In this document: positions 54,003 to 64,000 of the stretch, one piece after another
Position numbering within the stretch: position 1 is the first letter of the stretch
Layout: every line of letters begins with the position of its first letter
Notes under the pieces: model-generated
Database searches by the model: none
The model's input: the letters and a program-made list of their open reading frames with translations, nothing else
What the model was told of the DNA's origin: nothing
NCBI RefSeq assembly: GCF_006345805.1
Contig: NC_043003.1
Coordinates: 65,162,001-65,226,000, forward strand
DNA from: Octopus sinensis
Taxonomy: Eukaryota
Direction of reading: 5' to 3'
DNA: 64,000 nucleotides
Made by a program: the position numbers and the translations under genes

Positions 54003-54340
54003 TGAGTGAGAGAGCAGTGCACGCCATCAAAATGATACTGGGGTTAAATATACGAAGCCCAGCATACCCATCATGCCTACCCGTTTGATAAGGGTACACC
54101 AGGCACATGCATCACAACCATATGTGCGCGACATGGTGATCTCATATCAAGATAAACAGCACATGACCTTGCAGGTGCGGCCCAGTTAGAATTTTCTTCT
54201 GGTCGAGTAGCCCATTCCGCTCAAAAGGTCCCTGAATAAGGATTGTTTAAGGACGTTGAACGAATCACCCATGTTTCCAGAGGCGAATTATCCAAACCTC
54301 CAAGAATTTCTTTCAACACACGGCTATGATGCTCCCCCAC
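54003..54340 (-). mobile_element. Family D element, truncated second copy
   Basis: Colinear with 33681-~34005. Confidence 0.85.
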
Positions 54341-54348
54341 TTATATTA

Positions 54349-54405
<57 letters not shown>

Positions 54406-54416
54406 GGTGGTGGTGG

Positions 54417-54451
<35 letters not shown>

Positions 54452-54453
<2 letters not shown>

Positions 54454-55035
54454 ACTCCAGTGCTTGAAAATGACCACATCTCACTCCTCTGGAACTTCAC
54501 CATTCAAACTGACAGAAAGATAGATGCAAATAGGCCAGACATCATATTGAAAGACTTCAGACAAAGAACATGCTTCCTCATTGATATGACTGTCCCAATC
54601 GATATAAACGTATCTGTCAAGACCTACCAAAAACTGAGCAAATATAAAGATCTTGAAATAGAAATCAGCAAAATGTGGAACCTGAAGACTAAAACAATAC
54701 CTGTTGTCATAGGTGCCCTGGGAATGATAGCGAAAGGAGCTGATTGCTACCTAACTCAAATACCAGGAAACCCCAAAATGGCAGAAATTCAAAAGATAGT
54801 GCTCATGGGAACTGCTCATATCCTACGCAAAATACTCTCTATGTAATCCCAAGGTTTAAAACAAACTTTTGTTTTTAATTTATGTATTAGACATTCACTA
54901 GTACAACACACACAAAAAACCCAAATATATGGCACACTAGGCATAACAACAACGTGAACTTCCAACCTGTTGTCTCTTGAGGTCTCTGGGTGAGACTTGG
55001 AGCCAACTTGTACTGACATAAAGCAAAAGTCAAAC

Positions 55036-55100
<65 letters not shown>

Positions 55101-55117
55101 TAATGATAATAATAATA
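54452..55117 (+). mobile_element. 5'-truncated R4/Dong LINE with an uninterrupted REL-domain frame, 3' UTR and (AAT)n tail
   Basis: LLWNFTIQTDRKIDANRPDIILKD...LIDMTVP...KLSKYKDL...IPVVIGALG...GTAHILRKILSM* (stop at 54846). Confidence 0.93.
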
Positions 55118-57279
55118 AAACTGGAAAAATTGGACAAAGACCGACTGTAAAAAATTAGAGAAGAAATATAAAATACGGAAGAACGGGTGATAGAGCAGTT
55201 AAAACAGAGGATCATGGCAAAGAGACAGAAGATCAGAAGATTTGCGAGCAGAAATAAGCAGTTCGAGAACAGATTGTTCAAAACTAACCCGAAGCAATTC
55301 ATCCGAACATTAGAAGGAGACAATGGGGAAAATGTTGCTCCTGATGTAAATCAAACCAAAGAGTTCTGGGGAAACAATGCGGTGCATAAAAGGGGTGCAA
55401 TGTGGAGAGGAACAATCAAGACATAATTACAAGGAGGAAAGAAACAAAAGAATATTGTCATAAGCACGGGTGATGTGAAACAACAAGTGAGTAAAGTGCC
55501 TAACTGGAAAGCCTCCGGACGAGATGAGGCTCATGGCTTTTGGCTGAAGGGATGCTTCGCAGTGCATGAAAGACTAGCAGCCCAATTGAATGAGTGTGTC
55601 CAGAAAGGAACAGTCCCGACGCGAATGATGACTGGGAGGCTAACACTTGTAATTTAAGATAGAAGAAAGGGGAATATTGTGAAAAACTACTGTCCCATAG
55701 CATGTCTACACATAATCTGCAAGATATTCACTGGAATATGTGCGACAAAGACATATTTTCCTGACACAGGAAGAAATACTACCATTGGAACAAAAAGGTT
55801 GTAGGAAGAGATCTCAGGGTACCAAGGATCACCTTGTCATCGATAAAACAGTTTTGTGGCATTGTAAAAAACATCATACAAACATGTCTATGGCTTGGAT
55901 TGACTTTAAGAAGGTATATGATATGGTGCCTAATTCTTGGATCGTTGAATGCCTGCAGATATTTGTTGTTGCTGACATCATCACAAATTTTCTGATGCAT
56001 AACATGAAAGAGTGGAAAACCAAATTGTGCTCAAGTAATGTATTCCTTGGAGAAGTTAATATTAAAAGGGAAATCTTCCAAGGTCACTCGTTTTCTCCGT
56101 TACCTTTTGTAATTGCATTAATACCCATAAAAATGGCACTTAAAAAAGTTAAGATGGGTTACCGATGTTGGAAGAAAGGCCCATCATTGAACCATCCTCT
56201 GTTTATTGATGACCTGAAATTATTTGGGAAATCTGAAAAACAGATAGATTCCTTAACCAAAACAGTCGAGAAGTGTGGCAGTGACATCGGTATGGAATTT
56301 GGGATTACCAAATGCTCAGTACTTGATATGAAAATAGGGAAGAAAGCATCCTGCAGAAGATTGCGGTTACTATCGGGAGATTCCATGGATGAACCCTACG
56401 GTAGTGGGTATAGATATTTAGGGATTTTGGAGCTGAATGACATTCTACACACAGAAGTGTAAGTCAACGTTAGTGAGGTGAAGATGGTTTTGAAATCTAA
56501 CCTGAATGCCAAAAAATTGATTACCGTAATGAATATCTGGGCAGTTGCAGTGGCCAGATATAGTGCGTCCTTCCTCAAATGAACTAAGGAGGAAATATCA
56601 ACACTGGATTGAAGGACGAGAAATTTGATGCTGCTGCATGGGGCGCTACACCCTAAAGCAAACGTAAAAAGGCTGTATATGAAAAGAAAGAATGGTGCAG
56701 AGGACTAATTACTATAGATCATTGTATAAGGAGAAAGCTTGTCGAGCATTTGATAAATAGTGATGAAGACCTGCTGCAACATGCCGCGAAAGATATGGAT
56801 GTAAATACAGGTGAAATGATGGACGAGGAAGAGTTTAACCAAAGAGCTGAGGAGAAGAGAAAAGAAGACCTTCTTGAAATGAGAATGCATGGATAGTCTG
56901 AATGGAATACACAAGACGTTAAGGATAATATACAGCATTGTGGACATGGCTTGAGCGAGGTGATTTAAAGCGTTCCACCGAAAGCCTGATCATTGCTGCA
57001 CAAGACGAGGCCTCGCTACCAATTCAATGAAGTATAACTTCTATAAAACTTCTGACACCCAGAAATGCAGACTCTGTGGAAAGAGTGTAGTAAATATGAC
57101 CCATTTAGTAAGTGGATGTGAGACCCTTGCTAAAAAAGAATACAAGCGCCGCCACGATAAAGTGTGCGTGTGTATCTTCATTGGCTCTTATGCCGCAAAT
57201 ACCAAAAGGAAGTATCAGAGAACTGGTATGAGCATTTACTAAGTAAAGTTATGCAGGAGGATGGAAAAGTAACGATACT
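55118..57279 (+). mobile_element. R4/Dong LINE, RT region to zinc knuckle, 3' end replaced by SINE-B
   Basis: [65 protein letters not shown] (56199-56225), CRLCGK..H.VSGC..LAKKEYKRRHD. Confidence 0.93.
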
Positions 57280-57556
57280 CCTCGGCGGAATTTGAACTCA
57301 GAACGTAGCGGCAGACGAAATACCTATTTCTTTATTACCCACAAGGGGCTACACATAGACGGGACAAACAAGGACAGACATAGATATTAAGTCGATTACA
57401 TTGACCCCAGTGTGTAACTGGTACTTAATTTATCGACCCCGAAAGGATGAAAGGCAAAGTCGACCTCGGCGGTATTTGAACTCACAACGTAATGGCAGAC
57501 GAAATACCGTTAAGCATTTCGCCCGGCGTGCTAACGTTTCTGCCAGCTCGCCGCCT
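57280..57556 (-). mobile_element. SINE family B dimer
   Basis: Head at 57556, core, spacer, then the start of a second core. Confidence 0.9.
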
Positions 57557-57705
57557 TTATCGTTCAGTTTCTGAGGTTCAAATCATGTGACCAAACAGAC
57601 GTTTCCTTATTGAGTCGGGTGGGTACACAACAGATAAATGTTTTCTCTACACGAGTTGATCTCTTTCGTTTCAAACAAATGTTAATGGGAAAGAATTGTT
57701 AGTTA

Positions 57706-57930
57706 GGTGAAGGCGCGTGACCTTGTAATTTGGGTGTTGCATTCACAAACGCAAGATCATGGTTTCAATTCCTGGATCGAGCAGTGTGCTGTGTTCACGA
57801 GCAAAACACATCATTTCGTGTTACTCCGCTACACTCAAATTTAAACGAATAAACCTTCGACGGTGTGGCGCCCTGTTCAGCCGGGTAACCGGCCTCGCAA
57901 GTCTAAGAACCCGAGACTAGTGTAATGACC
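57706..57930 (+). mobile_element. Degenerate tRNA-headed SINE (family E-like)
   Basis: ggtgaaggcgcgtg...ggtttcaattcc...gagcaaaacac..atttc, related to the 61396 head. Confidence 0.55.
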
Positions 57931-58789
57931 AGGAATTGATAAGGATCATGAAAGGATGGAAGTTAGAGCATTTCCTCTGAAACATCGTATCACGTCTCTA
58001 TTGAAGCAAAAAGAAAAAAGAATATCTCATTGGTTATATATCATAGTAACGTTTGCCCTTACTTGAATAACAGTGTTCTATCTCATGAATTGTAATGCTT
58101 TCTGTTTCATTGTCGTGACTAAAGACGCCGAACAATATATATTTGCTGGGTGGTATTCCGTGACGATCATCAATTCACTGTTTAAATTCCACCAGGGTCA
58201 ACTTTACCGTTTTCTCCTAATGGAGTCGATAAAATAAGCACCATTCGAGAAGTGAGCTCAATTTAATCAACTGAACCGCTTCAGTATTTGATTTTGTGGC
58301 CTACTGCCAAGCTGAGAGATCATTATTATTATTTTAAATGTTGCTTTGGACATTGCTTCTGGCATTTATTTCTGTACTATTAGTTTTAATGATATTCTAC
58401 AGATGGCTGTAAATTTCTTATAATCAAATGTACGTTTTCGAGCCTTGGTCGTCTCTGAAACACTTTTTTTTTATTCTTAAGATTACGACTACTTTAGAAA
58501 TGTGTTCTTTATTAGCAACAGAATGTAATCTGTGTTTGATTAGATTCCATTGAAAATGATTTATATTTCTTATCTTTCTACAAGAGTGCCAAAATAAAAA
58601 TAGCTAAATCTCTGATATTAAAATTGACCTAAATTTTCCCCTTATCTCTCCGCCTCCTTTTTCCTTCCCGGTTAAATTTCGTTTAATTTATCCGGAGAGT
58701 TTTTTTTTCTTCAAACTCTGAGGAGAAAGAAGAATATGCTTTGATATTGTAAGATGAATATAATATTTTATCGAATCCTATTGTTCTGT

Positions 58790-58790
58790 G

Positions 58791-58854
<64 letters not shown>

Positions 58855-58920
58855 GTTGTTGTTGTTGTTGTTGTTGTTTTTGTTGTTTCTGTTGTTGTCG
58901 TTGTTGTTGTTGTTGTAGTC
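58790..58920. repeat. (TTA)n-(GTT)n compound microsatellite
   Basis: Directly visible. Confidence 0.95.
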
Positions 58921-58939
58921 GTGTTGTTTTTGTTATTAA

Positions 58940-59555
58940 GGAGGCGAACTCGCAGAATAGTTACCACGCCGAGCAGCGTACTTAGGGGCTTTTCGTCAAT
59001 CTTCATGATCTGAGTTCAAACACCGCCGAGGTCGATTCCACCTTTTATCTATTGGAGTCGATAAAATAAGTACCAGTTGAGCACTGGGGATGGACGTAAT
59101 CCACTAATCACCTACCCCGAAATTGCTGGCCTTGTACCAAAATTTGAAATCATCTTCATCATTGTTACTAATAATAAGGTAGTGAGCTGGCAGAAACGTT
59201 AGCACGCCGGGCGAAATGCTTAGTGGTATTTCGTCTACCGCTACATTCTGAGTTCAAATTCCACCGAGGTCGACTTTGCCTTTCATCGTTTCGGGCTCGT
59301 TAAATTAAGCACCAGTTACGCACTGGGGTCAATGTAATCGACTTAATACGTTCGTCTGTCCTTGTTTGTCCCCTCCGTGTTTAGCCCCTTGTGGGTAATA
59401 AAGAAATAGGTATTTCGTCTGCCGTTACGTTCTGAGTTCAAATTCCGACGTGGTCGACTTTGCCTTCCATCCTTCGAGGTTACGCTGTGGGGTCGATGTA
59501 ATCGGTTAGTCATCTTCCCTAAAATTCTAGGCATTGTGCCTATAGAAGAAAGGAC
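58940..59555 (+). mobile_element. SINE family B monomer (58940-59150) followed by dimer (59176-59555)
   Basis: Head and core motifs. Spacer ttaatacgttcgtctgtccttgtttgtcccc in the second element. Confidence 0.85.
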
Positions 59556-59799
59556 AATTATTTTTATCATGGTCACTGTTTTATAGTTTTCCCTTTTTAA
59601 ATTCAAGTAAAATATTCCTGTATAGAGAAAAAAAAAAAAAAAAGAGACTATCTAATTGCGATGGTTGTGGATTTTAAGGATTTTTAGGATGGGGAGATTT
59701 AAAAATTTCAAATTATGAATGTACTGCTGATGTATATTAATTGCATCTTTAAGTAGCCGTGTCGTTAAGAAGTCGAATAGCATAACTTCTGTTATTTTT

Positions 59800-60031
59800 T
59801 CTTTTATTCTTTTATTTGTTTCAGTCATTTGAATGCGGCCATGCTGGAGCACCACCTATAGTCGAGCAAATCGACCCTGGGACTTATTTTTTGTAAGCCT
59901 AGTACTTATTCTATCAGTCTCTCTTGCCGAACCGCTATATGACGGGGACGTAAACACGCCAGCATCGGTTGTCAAGCGATGTTGGTGGGACAAACACAGA
60001 CACACAAACACACACACACACACACCCACAC

Positions 60032-60081
<50 letters not shown>

Positions 60082-60178
60082 GACGGGCTTCTTTCAGTTT
60101 CCATCTACTAAATCCACTCATAAGGCTTTGGTCGGCCCGAGTCTATGGTAGAAAACACACTTGCCCAAGGTGCGTGGC
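59800..60178 (-). mobile_element. SINE family A lacking the head
   Basis: Tail, body and internal microsatellite present. Confidence 0.88.
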
Positions 60179-61041
60179 ACCTTGAACATGTGTCTAAGTT
60201 CACTGTCAAATTTTTTTTCCATTGGGAATCAATTAATAATCTATCAGTCTATGAGCTGGCTCGATTGAGTTGTTAGAGTACCTTGTATTGTCTGTACCAA
60301 ATCACTGTGTCTCACTGCAACGTCTGTGACGCCAGAGCAACAAATTATATCCATCAACTTGCATACACGGAAAAATGATGTCTTTCATTAAAACCTTTTC
60401 CCAGGAGCAGAAACAAGATTCGCGTGATATACGGTTGTACCGGATTTGAACAGTGAGCATAATTCTGTGCACTGAACGGGCAGAAATTTTAAACATATCC
60501 TTTGGGTATATTATTTACAATAGAATTAGGAATTATTCAGTGACATGCTTTACCTCCTATCATGGAAATGAACTTAAATATGTATGAAGTTACAGAGGTT
60601 GTTTATGCGCAAAAATTGAAGTTCGAAATCTAAAGAGTAATAGAAGTAAAGTTTATTTTGCGAACTTTATTTTCCCCTTGATATGACTCGTTCTCTTACA
60701 AACTAATTCCTCTAAAACTGTGGTGGGTTTTGAATAGATAAATATGATTATATTTCTGCGTTTGTTAAATACACTTCAAAGTGTAAATGAATTAAATAGT
60801 AGTTAAATACCGACACAATGCATTAAGCAGTATTACTCAACTGAAATATCTAAAAGGTTTTACATAATATAATTGTTGTTAAGAATGGGCGTGACTATGT
60901 AGTAGGAAGCTTGCTTCCCAACCACATTGTTCAGGACCTCAATCCCACGGTATCACACCTTCGACAAGTGTCTTCTCGAAGAGCCACGGGACGACCAAAG
61001 CCTTCTGAGTGCATCTGGTCAACGGAAACTGAAAAGCCTGT

Positions 61042-61096
<55 letters not shown>

Positions 61097-61326
61097 CGGC
61101 CTCCCCTCTCCACGCCACCAGTGTTATCCAAGGGAAAGGCAAAGGCCGAAACAGCTTGGCACCTGTGACGTCACAACTCATTTCTAAAGCTGAGTGAACT
61201 AGAGCAACGTGAAATAAAGTGTCTTGCTCAAGAATACAACACGCAGCTCGGTCCGGGATTCGAACTCACAACCTCTCGATCGTAAGCTCGACGCTCTAAC
61301 CACTCAGCCATGCACCTTCACTGAAG

Positions 61327-61357
<31 letters not shown>

Positions 61358-61625
61358 GCTTACGATCGAGAGGTTATATATATATATATATATATCTTCA
61401 GTGAAGGTGCATGGCTGAGTGGTTAGAGCGTCGAGCTTACGATCGAGAGGTTGTGAGTTCGAATCCCGGACCGAGCTGCGTGTTGTATTCTTGAGCAAGA
61501 CACTTTATTTCACGTTGCTCTAGTTCACTCAGCTTTAGAAATGAGTTGTGACGTCACAGGTGCCAAGCTGTTTCGGCCTTTGCCTTTCCCTTGGATAACA
61601 CTGGTGGCGTGGAGAGGGGAGGCCG
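61097..61625. repeat. 230-bp-arm perfect inverted duplication of a SINE (family E) around a (TA)n spacer
   Basis: Arms 61097-61326 and 61396-61625. The ORF track shows the same N-terminal 38 aa on both strands (61224+ and 61498-). Confidence 0.93.
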
Positions 61626-61695
61626 AACTTGTGCCTGGGAGGGTAACTTTCTAGGTGCAATCCCATGGTCAGTCATGACCGAAGGGGGTCTCAGC
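61396..61695 (+). mobile_element. tRNA-derived SINE family E, full length
   Basis: A box tggctgagtgg, B box gagttcgaatccc, central cttgagcaagacactttatttcacgttgct. Confidence 0.85.
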
Positions 61696-61780
61696 ATATA
61701 TATCTTCGTTATAAGATTATCAATCAGGAGAATAATATACCCTATATAGAGGGTATATAGAGCAGTTGTTTATTTTTGTA

Positions 61781-62164
61781 TGTGTAAAGTAACAGTTTAG
61801 GACAAAAAAGCATCGGTTTCATATCTAGCGTAAGCTAGATATATCTTCAGTTTTTCTAAACGATAACTGTTCTCTGCAAAGAATGTTTTTTATCAGCCAG
61901 GTACCTATCTTATTGCCCCTAGTAGCCGAATATACATACATACATACATACATACATACATACATACATACATACATACATACATACATACATACATGCT
62001 TGCAGAGATGATTAGCTGTACTCTGAGAAGAAACCATTCCACCAGAAGGAAAAAAAAACATTTTTTGCATAGAACAGTTATTTTTTTAGAAAAACTGAAG
62101 ATATGTCTAGTTCACGCTAGATATGAAACCAAGGCTTTTTTTTTCTAAACTGTTACTTTACACA
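61781..62164. mobile_element. MITE with ~110-bp imperfect TIRs and TA target-site duplication, internal (TACA)n
   Basis: TA|tgtgtaaagtaacagtttag ... ctaaactgttactttacaca|TA. Arms ~61781-61891 and ~62048-62164. Confidence 0.85.
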
Positions 62165-62166
62165 TA

Positions 62167-62336
62167 GGCGCAGGAGTGGCTGTGTGGTAGGTAGCTTGCT
62201 TATTAACCAAATATTTCCGGGTTCAGTCGCACTGCGTGGTAACTTGGGCAAGTGTCTTCTACTATAGCCTCGGACCGGCCAAAGCCTTGTGAGTGGATTT
62301 TTTAGACGGAAACTGAAAGAAGCTAGTCGTATATAT

Positions 62337-62391
<55 letters not shown>

Positions 62392-62608
62392 AATATATAT
62401 ATGCGTGTCTGTGTGAGTGAGTGTGTGTATGTGTGTGTGACTATTCCACCACCGCGTAACAACCGGCGTTGGTGAGTTTACGTCCCCTTAACCAAGTGGT
62501 TCGGCTGAAGGGAGCAATAAAATAGGTCACTACGCTAATATATTACTGGGGTCGATTCATTCGAAAAAAAAAATGAAGGTGGTGCCCCAGCATGGCCGCA
62601 GTTTGATA
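62167..62608 (+). mobile_element. SINE family A, full length
   Basis: ggcgcaggagtggctgtgtgg head through the gcatggccgcag...ctgaaacaaataaaag tail. Confidence 0.9.
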
Positions 62609-62949
62609 ACTGAAACAAATAAAAGATTACGATATCGATCTAATCCACTACAACTGGACTTACAATAGATACAAGGCCCGAAGTTTGGAAGAGACATGTT
62701 TAGATGATATTATGAACCTTGCAGGTAGAAATATCTGAATGCATTTTTCCAACACTCAAAGAATTCTGTCCTTTCTAGGGTACGATGGCAAACTATGACT
62801 GATCTGTTACCCAATTAAAGTTGTTTTGTAAACTGGTGCAAAATAAGAGAATTGAGGGTTAGGCAACATAGAGAATTGAGGCAACATAGATATAAATTCC
62901 AGTTGAGGGACCACGATGGAGTAAATGGAGTATTACTTTCATATATAAG

Positions 62950-63086
62950 ATAGCGCTGCAGCTATAGTAATCGAAGATGAAACCCCCAAAAAGGGATCTC
63001 TTCATCCCAAGATTGATTCAAGTTACGTGGAGAGTGAGGAATTCAACATTCCCGGATTTCGACATTCGTTTAAGGGCGAGAAAGAA

Positions 63087-63087
<1 letters not shown>
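62950..63087 (+). CDS. Weak candidate symmetric exon (SAAAIVIEDETPKKGSLHPKIDSSYVESEEFNIPGFRHSFKGEKE)
   Basis: ttactttcatatataag| 138 nt, open, phase 1-1 |gtgaga. The donor overlaps a (GA)n tract. Confidence 0.2.
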
Positions 63088-63130
<43 letters not shown>

Positions 63131-64000
63131 GAAAGAGAAAGAGAGGGGGAAAGAGGGAAAGAGAGAATGCTTGATATTGTCATTTGAGTTATATATTTAG
63201 TCCCTAATGAAGATTGTTCTCATAGTGCTTTCAGAGACTCCGAAACTACTAGGAGTGATGGCGACGGGAATACTCCAACCGGGGACTTGAGGTCCGAATA
63301 CTTACAGCAGCATGGGTGTATATGTGATCATAGGAAAGTTACATTTATATCAGTGAATATATCCAAGGGCCTGGAGTTGGCGTGAAACCGAGTGACGTTT
63401 TAATTCACAGTCAAAAGTATGGCAAGCAAAACACGAAGAATAGGGAAAAATGAAGCAGGATATCTCGTGTCGTTTGACGCTGTTATAATTGCATCTGTCA
63501 AGAGCAGTTGTGGGACTTGTGAGATATTACGGACCCTTGTAGAAGGAAATGGAAAATTAAGCACAGCAGGATTTGAACTCAGACTGTAGGGAATGTAAGA
63601 ATAGATAAGGTAAGGAATTTTGTTCGACGCTCTAATGCTTCTTTCTGCTAATTTTCACTCTATCATTTTCTCTCTTTGTCACTCTAAAACAAATGAGAAT
63701 TGTTCGAAAACTTTGCTTCCTTCGCGCATCTCATAAACTGAATTTGAGAAATTATTCAGCAAGATTGCTCATGGGTTACTGATTGATAACGCACGCGCAC
63801 ACATACACACACAAACACACACACACTCACACACACAAAACCGGATGCCTTGGATTTCAGATTTAACTCCATACGAATACACCAAGGATATAAATATACT
63901 CCAGCGTCATATCATGTTTATGAAAACAGTCTCAGAAAATTTACATTCCTAAGAGCCAGCAAAATTTAACTTTCTAGACGCAAGCAAAATCATTTAACTT

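Noticed and set aside
54256-54846. 196-aa ORF with a poly-D/poly-G linker appearing as a novel fusion protein
   Set aside because: It is a fortuitous read-through from the antisense of element D through a (GAT)/(GGT) microsatellite into a truncated LINE REL domain. The start codon is TTG and there is no evidence of a gene.
55740-56462. 240-aa reverse transcriptase ORF as an active or domesticated gene
   Set aside because: It is flanked by in-family sequence with stops and frameshifts, has degenerate motifs (QGH for QGD), and its 3' end is lost. It is a dead LINE copy.

Overview
AT-rich, repeat-dominated eukaryotic DNA, almost certainly from Octopus (inferred from the recurring tRNA-headed SINE families and dense micro/minisatellites). 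There is no intact long ORF, no rRNA, true tRNA gene or CRISPR array. Most ORFs in the supplied track are translations of (TA)n, (CA)n, (AAT)n or (CTAT)n tracts. The window holds about 40 SINE copies from at least 4 families and at least 7 fragments of R4/Dong-type non-LTR retrotransposons (RT, CCHC zinc knuckle, restriction-like endonuclease), mostly bounded by (AAT)n tracts and piled in two clusters (33.6-39.0 kb, 53.7-57.6 kb). It also holds decayed piggyBac and two Tc1/mariner relics, a TA-flanked MITE, and Penelope-type repeats carrying minimal hammerhead-ribozyme-like motifs. A pair of phase-compatible minus-strand micro-exons (40515-40563, 39155-39225) suggests the window is mostly intronic in a large host gene that I cannot identify. 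Several near-perfect foldbacks and local duplications abut (TA)n tracts and may be assembly artefacts. A 100-N scaffold gap lies at 12408-12507. The best leads are the variant hammerhead motifs, the multi-lineage AAT-targeted retroelement piles with a possible non-autonomous partner, and the modular multimeric SINE. I found no clearly new biological system. All family assignments come from motif recognition, not database searches.
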